Shown one piece after another: positions 52,124-60,306 of a stretch of DNA of 64,000 nucleotides. Positions within the stretch are counted from its first letter, which is position 1. The number at the start of each line of letters is the position of its first letter. The stretch comes from Caldisericia bacterium (GTDB taxonomy: Bacteria; Caldisericota; Caldisericia; JAAYUI01): contig OY771555.1 of assembly GCA_963674785.1 (NCBI GenBank), positions 1,056,001 through 1,120,000 on the forward strand, written 5' to 3'. The notes beneath the pieces were generated by a model. The model made no database searches. It was given only the letters and a program-made list of their open reading frames with translations, and was not told where the DNA came from. The translations under genes were made by a program, and so were the position numbers.

Positions 52124-52864
52124 ATGAAACTAAACAGAATGTATGATGAATTTGCCGACCTCTGTATGCTTATTTCAAAACCTGAGGGTTACGCAAATGA
52201 AGCAAGTTACTGGAAGAAATCAATAATAAAACATCTTGGTGAGAAAAGACATTCTATTCTCGAGCTTGGTGTAGGTGGTGGAAGCAATCTCTCTCATCTT
52301 ACTCCATTTTTTGAAACAACTGCAGTTGACCTTTCTCCCAAAATGCTTGAATACTCAAAAAAACTCAACCCAAATACAAGGCATTTCGTTGGAGATATGA
52401 GAATGGTACGGCTTGGAGAGACATTTGACGCTGTATTGATTCATGATGCGATAACATATATGACAACACTCGATGACCTTGAGGCAGCATTTAAAACTGC
52501 TTGGGAACACCTTAAACCTGGGGGAGTTTTGATTACAGCCCCTGACTTTGTCAAAGAAACCTTCAAAGAAAACCTTCTTGATGAAAGCATCACTGAGTCA
52601 GATGAAAAAACCATGTTGACTTACACTGAGTATTTTTATGACCCAGACCCAAACGACACGACATATGAAGGAAGATATGTTTTCTTCATCAGGGATTTGG
52701 CAACGAACAATCTCAAGATTAGGTTAGATCAACACGTCTTTGGACTTTTCCCAAAAGCTGATTGGATAGCCACAATGGAGAAAGTTGGCTTCAAGGTCAC
52801 TCTTGATGATTATCCTGTTTTTGAAAATGGGAATGAAGGATGGTTGTTTGTTGGGAGGAAGTAA
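52124..52864 (+). CDS. class I SAM-dependent methyltransferase
   Basis: ILELGVGGG, VDLS, GDMR, HLKPGG. Confidence 0.92.
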   Translation: MKLNRMYDEFADLCMLISKPEGYANEASYWKKSIIKHLGEKRHSILELGVGGGSNLSHLTPFFETTAVDLSPKMLEYSKKLNPNTRHFVGDMRMVRLGETFDAVLIHDAITYMTTLDDLEAAFKTAWEHLKPGGVLITAPDFVKETFKENLLDESITESDEKTMLTYTEYFYDPDPNDTTYEGRYVFFIRDLATNNLKIRLDQHVFGLFPKADWIATMEKVGFKVTLDDYPVFENGNEGWLFVGRK

Positions 52865-52928
52865 TTATACTATTATCGAGAAGCTATAATTGAAAATTTG
52901 AAGTGGTCTATAGAAAGTGTAGAATTTT

Positions 52929-54521
52929 GTGAATATCAAATTGATTAAAAGAACATGTTTAATAGTCTTTGTTTTTGTAATCTTGTTTTCGATTGTTTTA
53001 TATCAGTCGATTCCAGCTTGTGAATTGTTAGGAGGGGAAGAACGTTTTTACAATTCTGTTGAATACCATTGTTCGAATGGGCGATATTTTACGACAAGAT
53101 GGCAAAAAAGATTGAAAACAGAAATCATGTCTCCATTGTTTCCGGCATTTTATGATGAAAAGATGTATTATGCCGATGATGGTAAGATTTTTATTGCTGA
53201 CCTTATAACAGGAGAGATTCTAAACATACTCGATGATCAGGAATATCTTGATGGCATTACAACCATAACAAACAATTTATTGATGGTGCATTCAAAGGTT
53301 GATGATAAGACACAGCTGATGAGAGCTATTGATATCAACACACTTCAAACTGAATGGACATTCGAGTATCCATTGTTAGACCTTCGTTTAACACCATTTG
53401 GGTCAAAGAGTTTTGTGCTAGTTCTCTATAGAGTGGGAGGAGAACTTGTATGTTTAGATGCATTGACAGGTGAAAAGAGATGGACAAGAAAAGATATCCA
53501 CAATCTGGCGGTCTTCGATGATACTGTCATCTTGGTCTTCGATGATTATATTAGATGCTACAAAAATGATAACCTGGAGCTAATTTGGGAGATAAAAACA
53601 GATGACTTCGATTACTCAATAAGAAATGCAGTCTTGATTGAAGATCGATATTATGTTCTGTCCGCAGAATCAATAATTGAAGAAGGAAGATTTTTGACAT
53701 CATCATATCTTTATTCAGTTGATGTAAAGTCAGGTGATATTTTGTGGCAAACAGAGAAGCATGAGTCATTTAGTAGCAGAGGTCCTGATATAGTTGCAGA
53801 TAAATTATCAATTTATTTATATTATGATAATAAGATCTACAAATATGATAAAAGTGACGGCAAGATAATATGGAATTATTCTTCTACAGATGTTGTAGAT
53901 TTCCAAAATCTTATATCAACAGAGAGAGTTCTTCACTTAATAGATGTTGATAAGATTTATACAATAAGCACTTTTGATGCTAAACCAATCTGTACCTCAA
54001 AATCAGAACTGAATCTCTGCTGTGGTCGTTTTTACATATCCAATAGACACGTACTATTCTGCTCAGATTTTGGGAATTTGATATGTTTTGATGGTACAGC
54101 AAAAGCAAGATACCAAATTGATAAAAATGGATATAGTGTAAATGGTAATAATTATGATTCCGACACATCTCCACTAATTATGAATGATAGAACACTTCTT
54201 TCAGCAAGATATGTTGTTGAGCCATTTGGTGGCGATATTGAATGGGATCCTATTGAGAAAAAGGTCACCTGCAAACTTCTTAAACCCAGTGAACTTACAG
54301 ACGATTTAACAGATATGAATGTCGTAGAATTATGGATAAACAAACCAACAGCAAAAATCAATGGCATTGAAGTCCAAATAGATCCCGATAATCCAGATGT
54401 AGTTCCCACAATAATCAATGATAGAACAATGGTACCAATGAGATTCCTGGCAGAGAGTCTTGGTTGTGAGGTCGAATGGATGCCAGAAACTAAAGAGATT
54501 ATTCTTACTTATACTCCTTAG
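52929..54521 (+). CDS. PQQ beta-propeller + stalk domain surface protein
   Basis: Signal peptide; TGEKRW, SGDILW; stalk motifs. Confidence 0.88.
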   Translation: MNIKLIKRTCLIVFVFVILFSIVLYQSIPACELLGGEERFYNSVEYHCSNGRYFTTRWQKRLKTEIMSPLFPAFYDEKMYYADDGKIFIADLITGEILNILDDQEYLDGITTITNNLLMVHSKVDDKTQLMRAIDINTLQTEWTFEYPLLDLRLTPFGSKSFVLVLYRVGGELVCLDALTGEKRWTRKDIHNLAVFDDTVILVFDDYIRCYKNDNLELIWEIKTDDFDYSIRNAVLIEDRYYVLSAESIIEEGRFLTSSYLYSVDVKSGDILWQTEKHESFSSRGPDIVADKLSIYLYYDNKIYKYDKSDGKIIWNYSSTDVVDFQNLISTERVLHLIDVDKIYTISTFDAKPICTSKSELNLCCGRFYISNRHVLFCSDFGNLICFDGTAKARYQIDKNGYSVNGNNYDSDTSPLIMNDRTLLSARYVVEPFGGDIEWDPIEKKVTCKLLKPSELTDDLTDMNVVELWINKPTAKINGIEVQIDPDNPDVVPTIINDRTMVPMRFLAESLGCEVEWMPETKEIILTYTP

Positions 54522-54526
54522 TTGCT

Positions 54527-56806
54527 TCACTTTCCAATCATCGCAAGGAATGAATCAATCCTGAGTCTGAGTTGTCCAGTATCAGATGGTGAATAGTCAG
54601 TTTCGATTTTGAGGAATGGAAGGTTGTGTTTTTCCTGGATGTGTTTTTTGAGAAGCTCTGATTCAATATTGTAGGTGTGGCATGCTTGCCATATAAGGTC
54701 AACAATTCCGTCTGGTTTGTGTTTTTCAATCATCTGGTCAAGTAGATCGAATCTTCCCTGGTTTGGCATCATGACAGAGCATGGGAGCTTGAAGTATTTT
54801 CTGGCGAGATTTTCAAAAAGATCACCTTCTGTTGAAATGTTATCAACAAGTGGTTTGATTCCGGTGCAGTTTTCCTGAACACAGACAACAGCTCCCGCCT
54901 CTTCGATGATGTCTAAAACTTTTTCGGCACCATGGGGTTGTGGTACACCGGTCATCAGAATCTTTGGTTTGTGAGCATGTTTTGGATTTTCTTTTTCGGC
55001 CTCAGAGATTATATCTTCATACGCCTTGTGGTCACATGGGATTCCAGAGATGAGACTTTTTGCATCAAGCACCTCTTTGCCTGTAAGCACTGTTCCGCCA
55101 AACTCAGATATTTTTAATCGAAGTTCTCTTTCTTTGTTCATGAGATTGATTGCAGAAAGCAACCTCTCATTTGTCATTTTGTTTCCAGTGAGTTCTTCGA
55201 GTTTTTTTACTAGCAATTTGATTTCAGTAAACCAGTGCTGGAAAGCTGATTCCTCATCTGGTTTCTGGGTGAGTTCAAGGATGTGCATTGGTTTGTCTTT
55301 TGAAAGCAGTTCATACATCTTCTTTTTGCCATCACATGTTGTTTCAGCGATAACAAGGTCTGACATCTCGAATATTGGGTTTGCTTTTTCAAGAGCAAAT
55401 CCATATGAAGATTTGATGAGTGGGCAGAGGTTTGATGGCAAATCTTTTTCCGATGCAGTTGCCATATTATGGCTTCCACCACAGGCACAAACAGGGACAG
55501 CACCAACAGCCATGATGAGTTCCCTTGGAGTATATTCACAAAACATCGAAACAACTTTTTTACCCATATTTTTCATCATCTGAGCTGTATCGATGCAGTT
55601 GCTTACCATTCGGTCAAAGTGACCCAGAGCTGGAACGGAGTGGGTTATGTTTGAGCCACTACTATCACAACATGAAGTTTTTGGCTCTTCCTCTCCACAG
55701 CAAGATGATGGTTCAGATTCCGAATTACAGCATGGTGAAGGAGATGATGCTGTTTCAGCACAACATGGAGATGGAGCTGGTTCATCACAGCAGGCAGACT
55801 TTTGCTCTTCTGATTCGCAACAAGAAGAAGCGGGTTTCCATTCGCAGCATGGGTTTTTATTCTCATTGCTTTCACAGCAAACATCCTTTATTGGTTTTGA
55901 GTCACTGCAGCAACACTCATCTTTTTTGGTATTATCTTCATTGCAACATTTATCAATGTTCATCTCTTCACACTCCTTGTGGCAGGTTATATCTGTGTTC
56001 AGCTCTCCAGGCATAATCTTTATCCCCATCTGTTTGGCAGAAATCAGTGCTGCCCCAAGTGCGCCGGTAACTCTTGGATCAATAGGGATAATAAGTCTTT
56101 CCTTCAGTTCATTGCCTAAGAAAATCCTCATAGCATTATTGAGGGCGACTCCTCCGGTAAATGCAATTGGTGCGGTTATGTTCCCACGCATTATCATGCT
56201 TGCAATTCTTCTTGCTATGGCAACATGAATTCCTGCTGCAATATCTTCTCTGGGAGTGTCTTTTGCTAGAAGTCCAATCACTTCGCTTTCTGCAAAGACC
56301 ACACACATTGAGCTTATTTCTGTTTGATTGCCCGTATTCATTGCAAGTTCTGAGATACCATGAGAATCTGTCTCAAGTATTTTTGAAACGACTTCAAAAA
56401 ATCTACCAGTACCTGCTGCACACCTATCGTTCATGATAAAATCTTTTATTTGACCATGATCATCAAGAAATATTGCTTTTGAATCCTGTCCTCCTATATC
56501 AATGATTGTTCTTACATCGGGGATGAGTGTTTTTACACCCAATGCGTGACATGTGATTTCTGTTGCAATCTTATCACTGAAATCAGGTGAATATCTCCCG
56601 TAGCCGGTTGTTGTTACGAATCCAACATCGCATTTTGTGATTCTGGCTTTCTCAAGAAGGTCAGAGTAAATTGATTCAGCAACACATTTTGGATTTGTTC
56701 CAGCGTCTGCAAAACTTCTTGCAACCAATTTTTTTTTCGAGGTATCAATTAAAGCTCCCTTTACAGCACGGCTTCCAAGGTCAATGCCTACCACAAAATT
56801 TTTCAT
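54527..56806 (-). CDS. fusion: ASKHA ATPase activator (HgdC/DCCP-R type) + Cys-Cys-rich linker + double-cubane-cluster reductase-like domain
   Basis: GIDLGS, TGYGR, EITCH, DIGGQD, CAAGTG, MCVVFAESE; then FCEY, LCPLIKSSYG, ETTCDGKKKM, ENCTG, PCS, CHTY, ETDYS. Confidence 0.88.
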   Translation of the reverse strand: MKNFVVGIDLGSRAVKGALIDTSKKKLVARSFADAGTNPKCVAESIYSDLLEKARITKCDVGFVTTTGYGRYSPDFSDKIATEITCHALGVKTLIPDVRTIIDIGGQDSKAIFLDDHGQIKDFIMNDRCAAGTGRFFEVVSKILETDSHGISELAMNTGNQTEISSMCVVFAESEVIGLLAKDTPREDIAAGIHVAIARRIASMIMRGNITAPIAFTGGVALNNAMRIFLGNELKERLIIPIDPRVTGALGAALISAKQMGIKIMPGELNTDITCHKECEEMNIDKCCNEDNTKKDECCCSDSKPIKDVCCESNENKNPCCEWKPASSCCESEEQKSACCDEPAPSPCCAETASSPSPCCNSESEPSSCCGEEEPKTSCCDSSGSNITHSVPALGHFDRMVSNCIDTAQMMKNMGKKVVSMFCEYTPRELIMAVGAVPVCACGGSHNMATASEKDLPSNLCPLIKSSYGFALEKANPIFEMSDLVIAETTCDGKKKMYELLSKDKPMHILELTQKPDEESAFQHWFTEIKLLVKKLEELTGNKMTNERLLSAINLMNKERELRLKISEFGGTVLTGKEVLDAKSLISGIPCDHKAYEDIISEAEKENPKHAHKPKILMTGVPQPHGAEKVLDIIEEAGAVVCVQENCTGIKPLVDNISTEGDLFENLARKYFKLPCSVMMPNQGRFDLLDQMIEKHKPDGIVDLIWQACHTYNIESELLKKHIQEKHNLPFLKIETDYSPSDTGQLRLRIDSFLAMIGK

Positions 56807-58236
56807 TTCTCTCTCCTTGCTTTTATTATCTCGATGAATGCTGAAATTCTTGTCGATAGTTGCCCTAAACTTGAATCAGCAAGTGGGGGGATGGTGATAT
56901 TTAATACCGGAATATCAAATCTTTTTTGCACTTCTTCCCTTATGACGTGACCTTCAGTTGCACAGTGAGATGCACCCGGAATATCACTTATCAATACTCC
57001 CTCAGAACCGTATTTCTCTATCTCATCACATATGAGTTTTGCACGGTATCTTGAGCTTCCAATCATTGGGTCACAAAGTGCTATCATTGCCAGAGCTTTT
57101 GTTGGTCGGGTATCCTCTGGGATTTGTGTTAGAGAATGACTAAAAAGATATTCAGAGCCAGCAACTCTTCCACCCAAGTCTTCAAAAATATTCATGATTC
57201 TAAGGTCTGCAACCGGATTTACCCAGAGAGTTTTTGCGTTTTCTGCGGGAAGAACCCCGATATTGTTATCTACCCGGTCTGCAACCATCTGTTCAACAAA
57301 CTCAATTACATCTATTCCCTCTTCCAAGTCAGAGCAGTAGTGGAGGGCAAACATCTCACAGATTTGAGCTTCAAGTGAGGGTAAGGGAGCGGGTGATATT
57401 CCGTATGTCATGTCTCTGATGTTTGCCAGAGATTTCCTGAGTCTGTTTGCATTTTTGATGCTTTCAGTCAACATTAAATCCGTGATTTCTAAATCCAAAT
57501 GGTTTTTGATTTCTTGGATAATTGTTTTGAATTGTTCTTCTACAAAGTCGATCAGATGGTTTTCTATTCTTATTCCAGTTGGAAGCTCAGTTGTGTTGAC
57601 CTTTGAATTTGTTTCCCTTCTGTATGGCAATTCCCACCACGACAACTTCACATCAGTTCTGCTGATTCTGGACATCACGGTAGAAAAATCGTCACAGCAT
57701 GAACCAACCGCACCAATTAAAAGCTCAGGCATCGGGAAATGAGCACGATTCAAGAAAGCAGATAATGCAACCCTTGCGGGACAATACTCCTCACCAAGTC
57801 CCGCACCATCTGCAATCTTTAGAAGACCTGCATTCATCTCCATTACGCAAGGAATCCACCATGCGCCATCTGGATAGAATGAAATGATTTCAGGGTGGGC
57901 ATATGCGATGATTGGGATTGTTCCCAAGTCCTTCATTGCCCCGATAATTTTCTTGCCAGCTTTTCTTGATTTGTGAAGTCTCTGCTCTTCAGAAAGTAGC
58001 ATTGACCATAATCTTATTGATGCAAGTGAATTATCAAATTTCAGACTTGCAAGTCTTGTGTCTCCCTCAAGTTCCGAAAAACATGCTGGACTTGCCATGT
58101 ATGAGTATTCCTCGGAAGTTCCAGTCAGGGCGGTGAATCCCTTTTTTATCTTATCTGGAATCTCTCTATGAATTCGGTTGAACTCATTCAAGTCGACTTT
58201 TTCTGGGTGTTTGTCTTTATAATTTTTATATGTCAT
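56803..58236 (-). CDS. 2-hydroxyacyl-CoA dehydratase-family Fe-S protein (divergent)
   Basis: GKKIIG, EYCP, SCCDDF, SHC, FDIPVL, QLSTRISAFIE; ATGA overlaps with neighbours. Confidence 0.82.
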   Translation of the reverse strand: MTYKNYKDKHPEKVDLNEFNRIHREIPDKIKKGFTALTGTSEEYSYMASPACFSELEGDTRLASLKFDNSLASIRLWSMLLSEEQRLHKSRKAGKKIIGAMKDLGTIPIIAYAHPEIISFYPDGAWWIPCVMEMNAGLLKIADGAGLGEEYCPARVALSAFLNRAHFPMPELLIGAVGSCCDDFSTVMSRISRTDVKLSWWELPYRRETNSKVNTTELPTGIRIENHLIDFVEEQFKTIIQEIKNHLDLEITDLMLTESIKNANRLRKSLANIRDMTYGISPAPLPSLEAQICEMFALHYCSDLEEGIDVIEFVEQMVADRVDNNIGVLPAENAKTLWVNPVADLRIMNIFEDLGGRVAGSEYLFSHSLTQIPEDTRPTKALAMIALCDPMIGSSRYRAKLICDEIEKYGSEGVLISDIPGASHCATEGHVIREEVQKRFDIPVLNITIPPLADSSLGQLSTRISAFIEIIKARREK

Positions 58237-59198
58237 AGATTTTCTAAAAATGCTTCTATTCGAGTTTTTATTCGATGTGAACCAATGTCTGAGTATGAAT
58301 AATCGAGTCCAAGAACTGGTGCTTTAAGCAGTTCTTTCGCTGTTTTTATCTCTGAATTCCAGAGATCACAACCGCGAAGTGTTTTCCAAATAACACCATC
58401 AATTTCTAAATCAGTTATTTTTTTGTTCATCCATGAGAAGAAATCATCATTTGGTCTTGCCCTGATACATGGAGTCTGATTGAAATATGCTGATGCAGCT
58501 GCTTCAAATGGGTCGATATTTGCATCAATCTCTATTTCTAAAAATCTATCTCCCGTGCATGTTGCATCAAACACAATTTCCGCTGGGAACTTTTCAATTT
58601 CACAAAGCAACTTGATTTCTTCTTTTGCTGTTGGAGACCCTGCAATGGCAATCCTCGGCAATATTTTCTTTCGTTGGGTTGTTTTTATTTCTGGGATTTC
58701 CAAGTTTTGAAAAACTGAATGAACTAAGGAAACAAAATCAGAATCTGATAAACTAGGTCTTTGTTTTCGAATCTCTTTTCTGAGTTTGTTGCTTTTTTCA
58801 ATTTCTTTACTCAATAAATTCTTATCAAACTTTTTTCCTGATAAATCTTCAAGTTTCTCAGTCAGAACCGATAGTTCTGACTTAAATAATTCAAAAGTAC
58901 CTTTGTTTCTGGTTGCAGGCATATGTGATACAAAACTTTTGCAACTACCTGAAACATCCAGTGTATCTAAAGTCCTAGACATCTGATCACATGTACAACT
59001 TCCAAAATGAAATACATCCTTATTTTTCTTTTCGCCAATTAATGACTTGCACCAGGAGCAAATCCCAGGGTGTAGTTCACCATTTGACTCATCAGAGATT
59101 TTTCCCGATGATACAAATCTTTTTGGCATAAAACCAAAACTTTTTATGAGCTCAATCGGAATGAATGAACAATGGATCAAGATATCTAGGTTATTCAT
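58233..59198 (-). CDS. 2-hydroxyacyl-CoA dehydratase-family Fe-S protein
   Basis: CSFIPIELI, CSWCK, TCDQM, TCTG, PCIR, GCDLW, KTRIEAFLE. Confidence 0.85.
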   Translation of the reverse strand: MNNLDILIHCSFIPIELIKSFGFMPKRFVSSGKISDESNGELHPGICSWCKSLIGEKKNKDVFHFGSCTCDQMSRTLDTLDVSGSCKSFVSHMPATRNKGTFELFKSELSVLTEKLEDLSGKKFDKNLLSKEIEKSNKLRKEIRKQRPSLSDSDFVSLVHSVFQNLEIPEIKTTQRKKILPRIAIAGSPTAKEEIKLLCEIEKFPAEIVFDATCTGDRFLEIEIDANIDPFEAAASAYFNQTPCIRARPNDDFFSWMNKKITDLEIDGVIWKTLRGCDLWNSEIKTAKELLKAPVLGLDYSYSDIGSHRIKTRIEAFLENL

Positions 59199-59205
59199 AT
59201 CTGTT

Positions 59206-60000
59206 TTATTTTTTTATTGCGATGAATCTTCCTCTTGTCATCTTGTTTGCGTGGGCAAGTTCACTCATGTTCATCATTTCTCCGCCCATTGCCTGGAATA
59301 ATTCCATGTCGTTACCAATAATTCTGAGAGCATCTGATGTGAGTTGTTTTGTGAGCATCTGGATGTAAAGGTCAACATACTCTGCAAAATCAATCTGGTT
59401 TGCTTCCTTTATCTCGAATCCGTTTTCCTCAAGGAGCTTTTTGTATCCCGAAATTGATTCCATGTATGGGAATTTCATGAAGGTATTGACTCTATCGGCT
59501 TCGTCATCTGTCATTCCAGCGGGTCCCTCAACCCAATCTGTAAATGCTATGGTGCCACCTGGTTTTAAAACTCTTGCAGCCTCTGAGATGAGCCTTTCTT
59601 TGTCTTCGACATAACACCAAGCATCCTCACCCCAGACAAAATCAAATTTTTCGTCTTCAATTGGGATGTCAGTGACGTCACCCTTTACAAAATTGACTTT
59701 ATCAGCAAGTCCTCTTGCTTCATTTCTTGCTTTGCCTGTTTCGATAACCTTGTCTGTTGCATCAACACCTGTCATCTCGGTTTTAAAGTTTTCGGCTAAA
59801 AATCTCATTCCTGCACCATTGCAGCAGCAAAGATCACAACCATGCATACCTTCTTTGATTCCCGCATTTTTTGCAAGTTCCATGCTTGAATTCATTCCAC
59901 CAACATGGATCTGTTCACCCATGATGAGTTCCCATAAAGTTCCTTCTGCACCACTGTAAACTGCCTGAACATCACTTAGTTTTTTGTCTGTCCTTTTCAT
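59206..60000 (-). CDS. class I SAM-dependent methyltransferase with Cys-rich motif I
   Basis: GEQIHVGG, CDLCCCNGAG, GVD, EAARVLKPGG; ATG at 60000 after AAAGGTTGG. Confidence 0.9.
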   Translation of the reverse strand: MKRTDKKLSDVQAVYSGAEGTLWELIMGEQIHVGGMNSSMELAKNAGIKEGMHGCDLCCCNGAGMRFLAENFKTEMTGVDATDKVIETGKARNEARGLADKVNFVKGDVTDIPIEDEKFDFVWGEDAWCYVEDKERLISEAARVLKPGGTIAFTDWVEGPAGMTDDEADRVNTFMKFPYMESISGYKKLLEENGFEIKEANQIDFAEYVDLYIQMLTKQLTSDALRIIGNDMELFQAMGGEMMNMSELAHANKMTRGRFIAIKK

Positions 60001-60220
60001 GACACTACCAACCTTTCGTTTGGAAATATTGCATGACAACAAATATTAATTGGATTTCTTGTCGTCATGGTCTCCCGTGACCAGTTGGTAGACTGCAACA
60101 GATGAGATTAACTAGAAAGATATACCCAATGGAAACGGGTTTTGACCAATATTTTTCTGAAGTCGAACCGACTTCAAATCTTCGAATCAAACACAATTCA
60201 TCAAAGAACCACCCCTTTCC
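60001..60220 (-). promoter_or_regulatory. structured 5' leader with uORF (M-N-C-V-TGA) and anti-RBS
   Basis: RBS AAAGGGGTGG; ATG at 60201; hairpin 60158-60176; 60084-60091 complementary to 60005-60012; nested stems. Confidence 0.55.
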
Positions 60221-60247
60221 ACTGATATGTTCAAAATATCCGACGTG

Positions 60248-60271
60248 TTGGACTATTTTTCAATAGTCCAA
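60248..60271. promoter_or_regulatory. inverted repeat (operator, or terminator of the M6 gene)
   Basis: TTGGACTATT-TTTC-AATAGTCCAA, perfect 10-bp arms. Confidence 0.55.
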
Positions 60272-60306
60272 TTGTGTCGAAATTTTATTATTTTTGTTTT
60301 ATGTGT

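Noticed and set aside
36063-54521. Diversity-generating retroelement behind the repeated 3' ends
   Set aside because: No reverse transcriptase or non-coding template repeat is visible, and differences between copies are mostly synonymous and not adenine-specific.
36063-54521. Integron cassette array or CRISPR array
   Set aside because: No recurring attC-like sites, integrase, regularly spaced repeats or cas genes were seen; the repeats are coding sequence.
55647-56228. 193-aa plus-strand ORF with SQQ/QH repeats, and other short antisense ORFs in the track
   Set aside because: These are shadows of real genes on the opposite strand (here the Cys-Cys linker) with no recognisable domain.
59206-60000. 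Calling the methyltransferase ArsM
   Set aside because: It lacks the ArsM-type GCG.P and SNCV motifs; the Cys richness is suggestive only.
60158-60176. GGTTCGA T-loop-like sequence suggesting a tRNA
   Set aside because: No acceptor, D or anticodon arms; it is an isolated hairpin.
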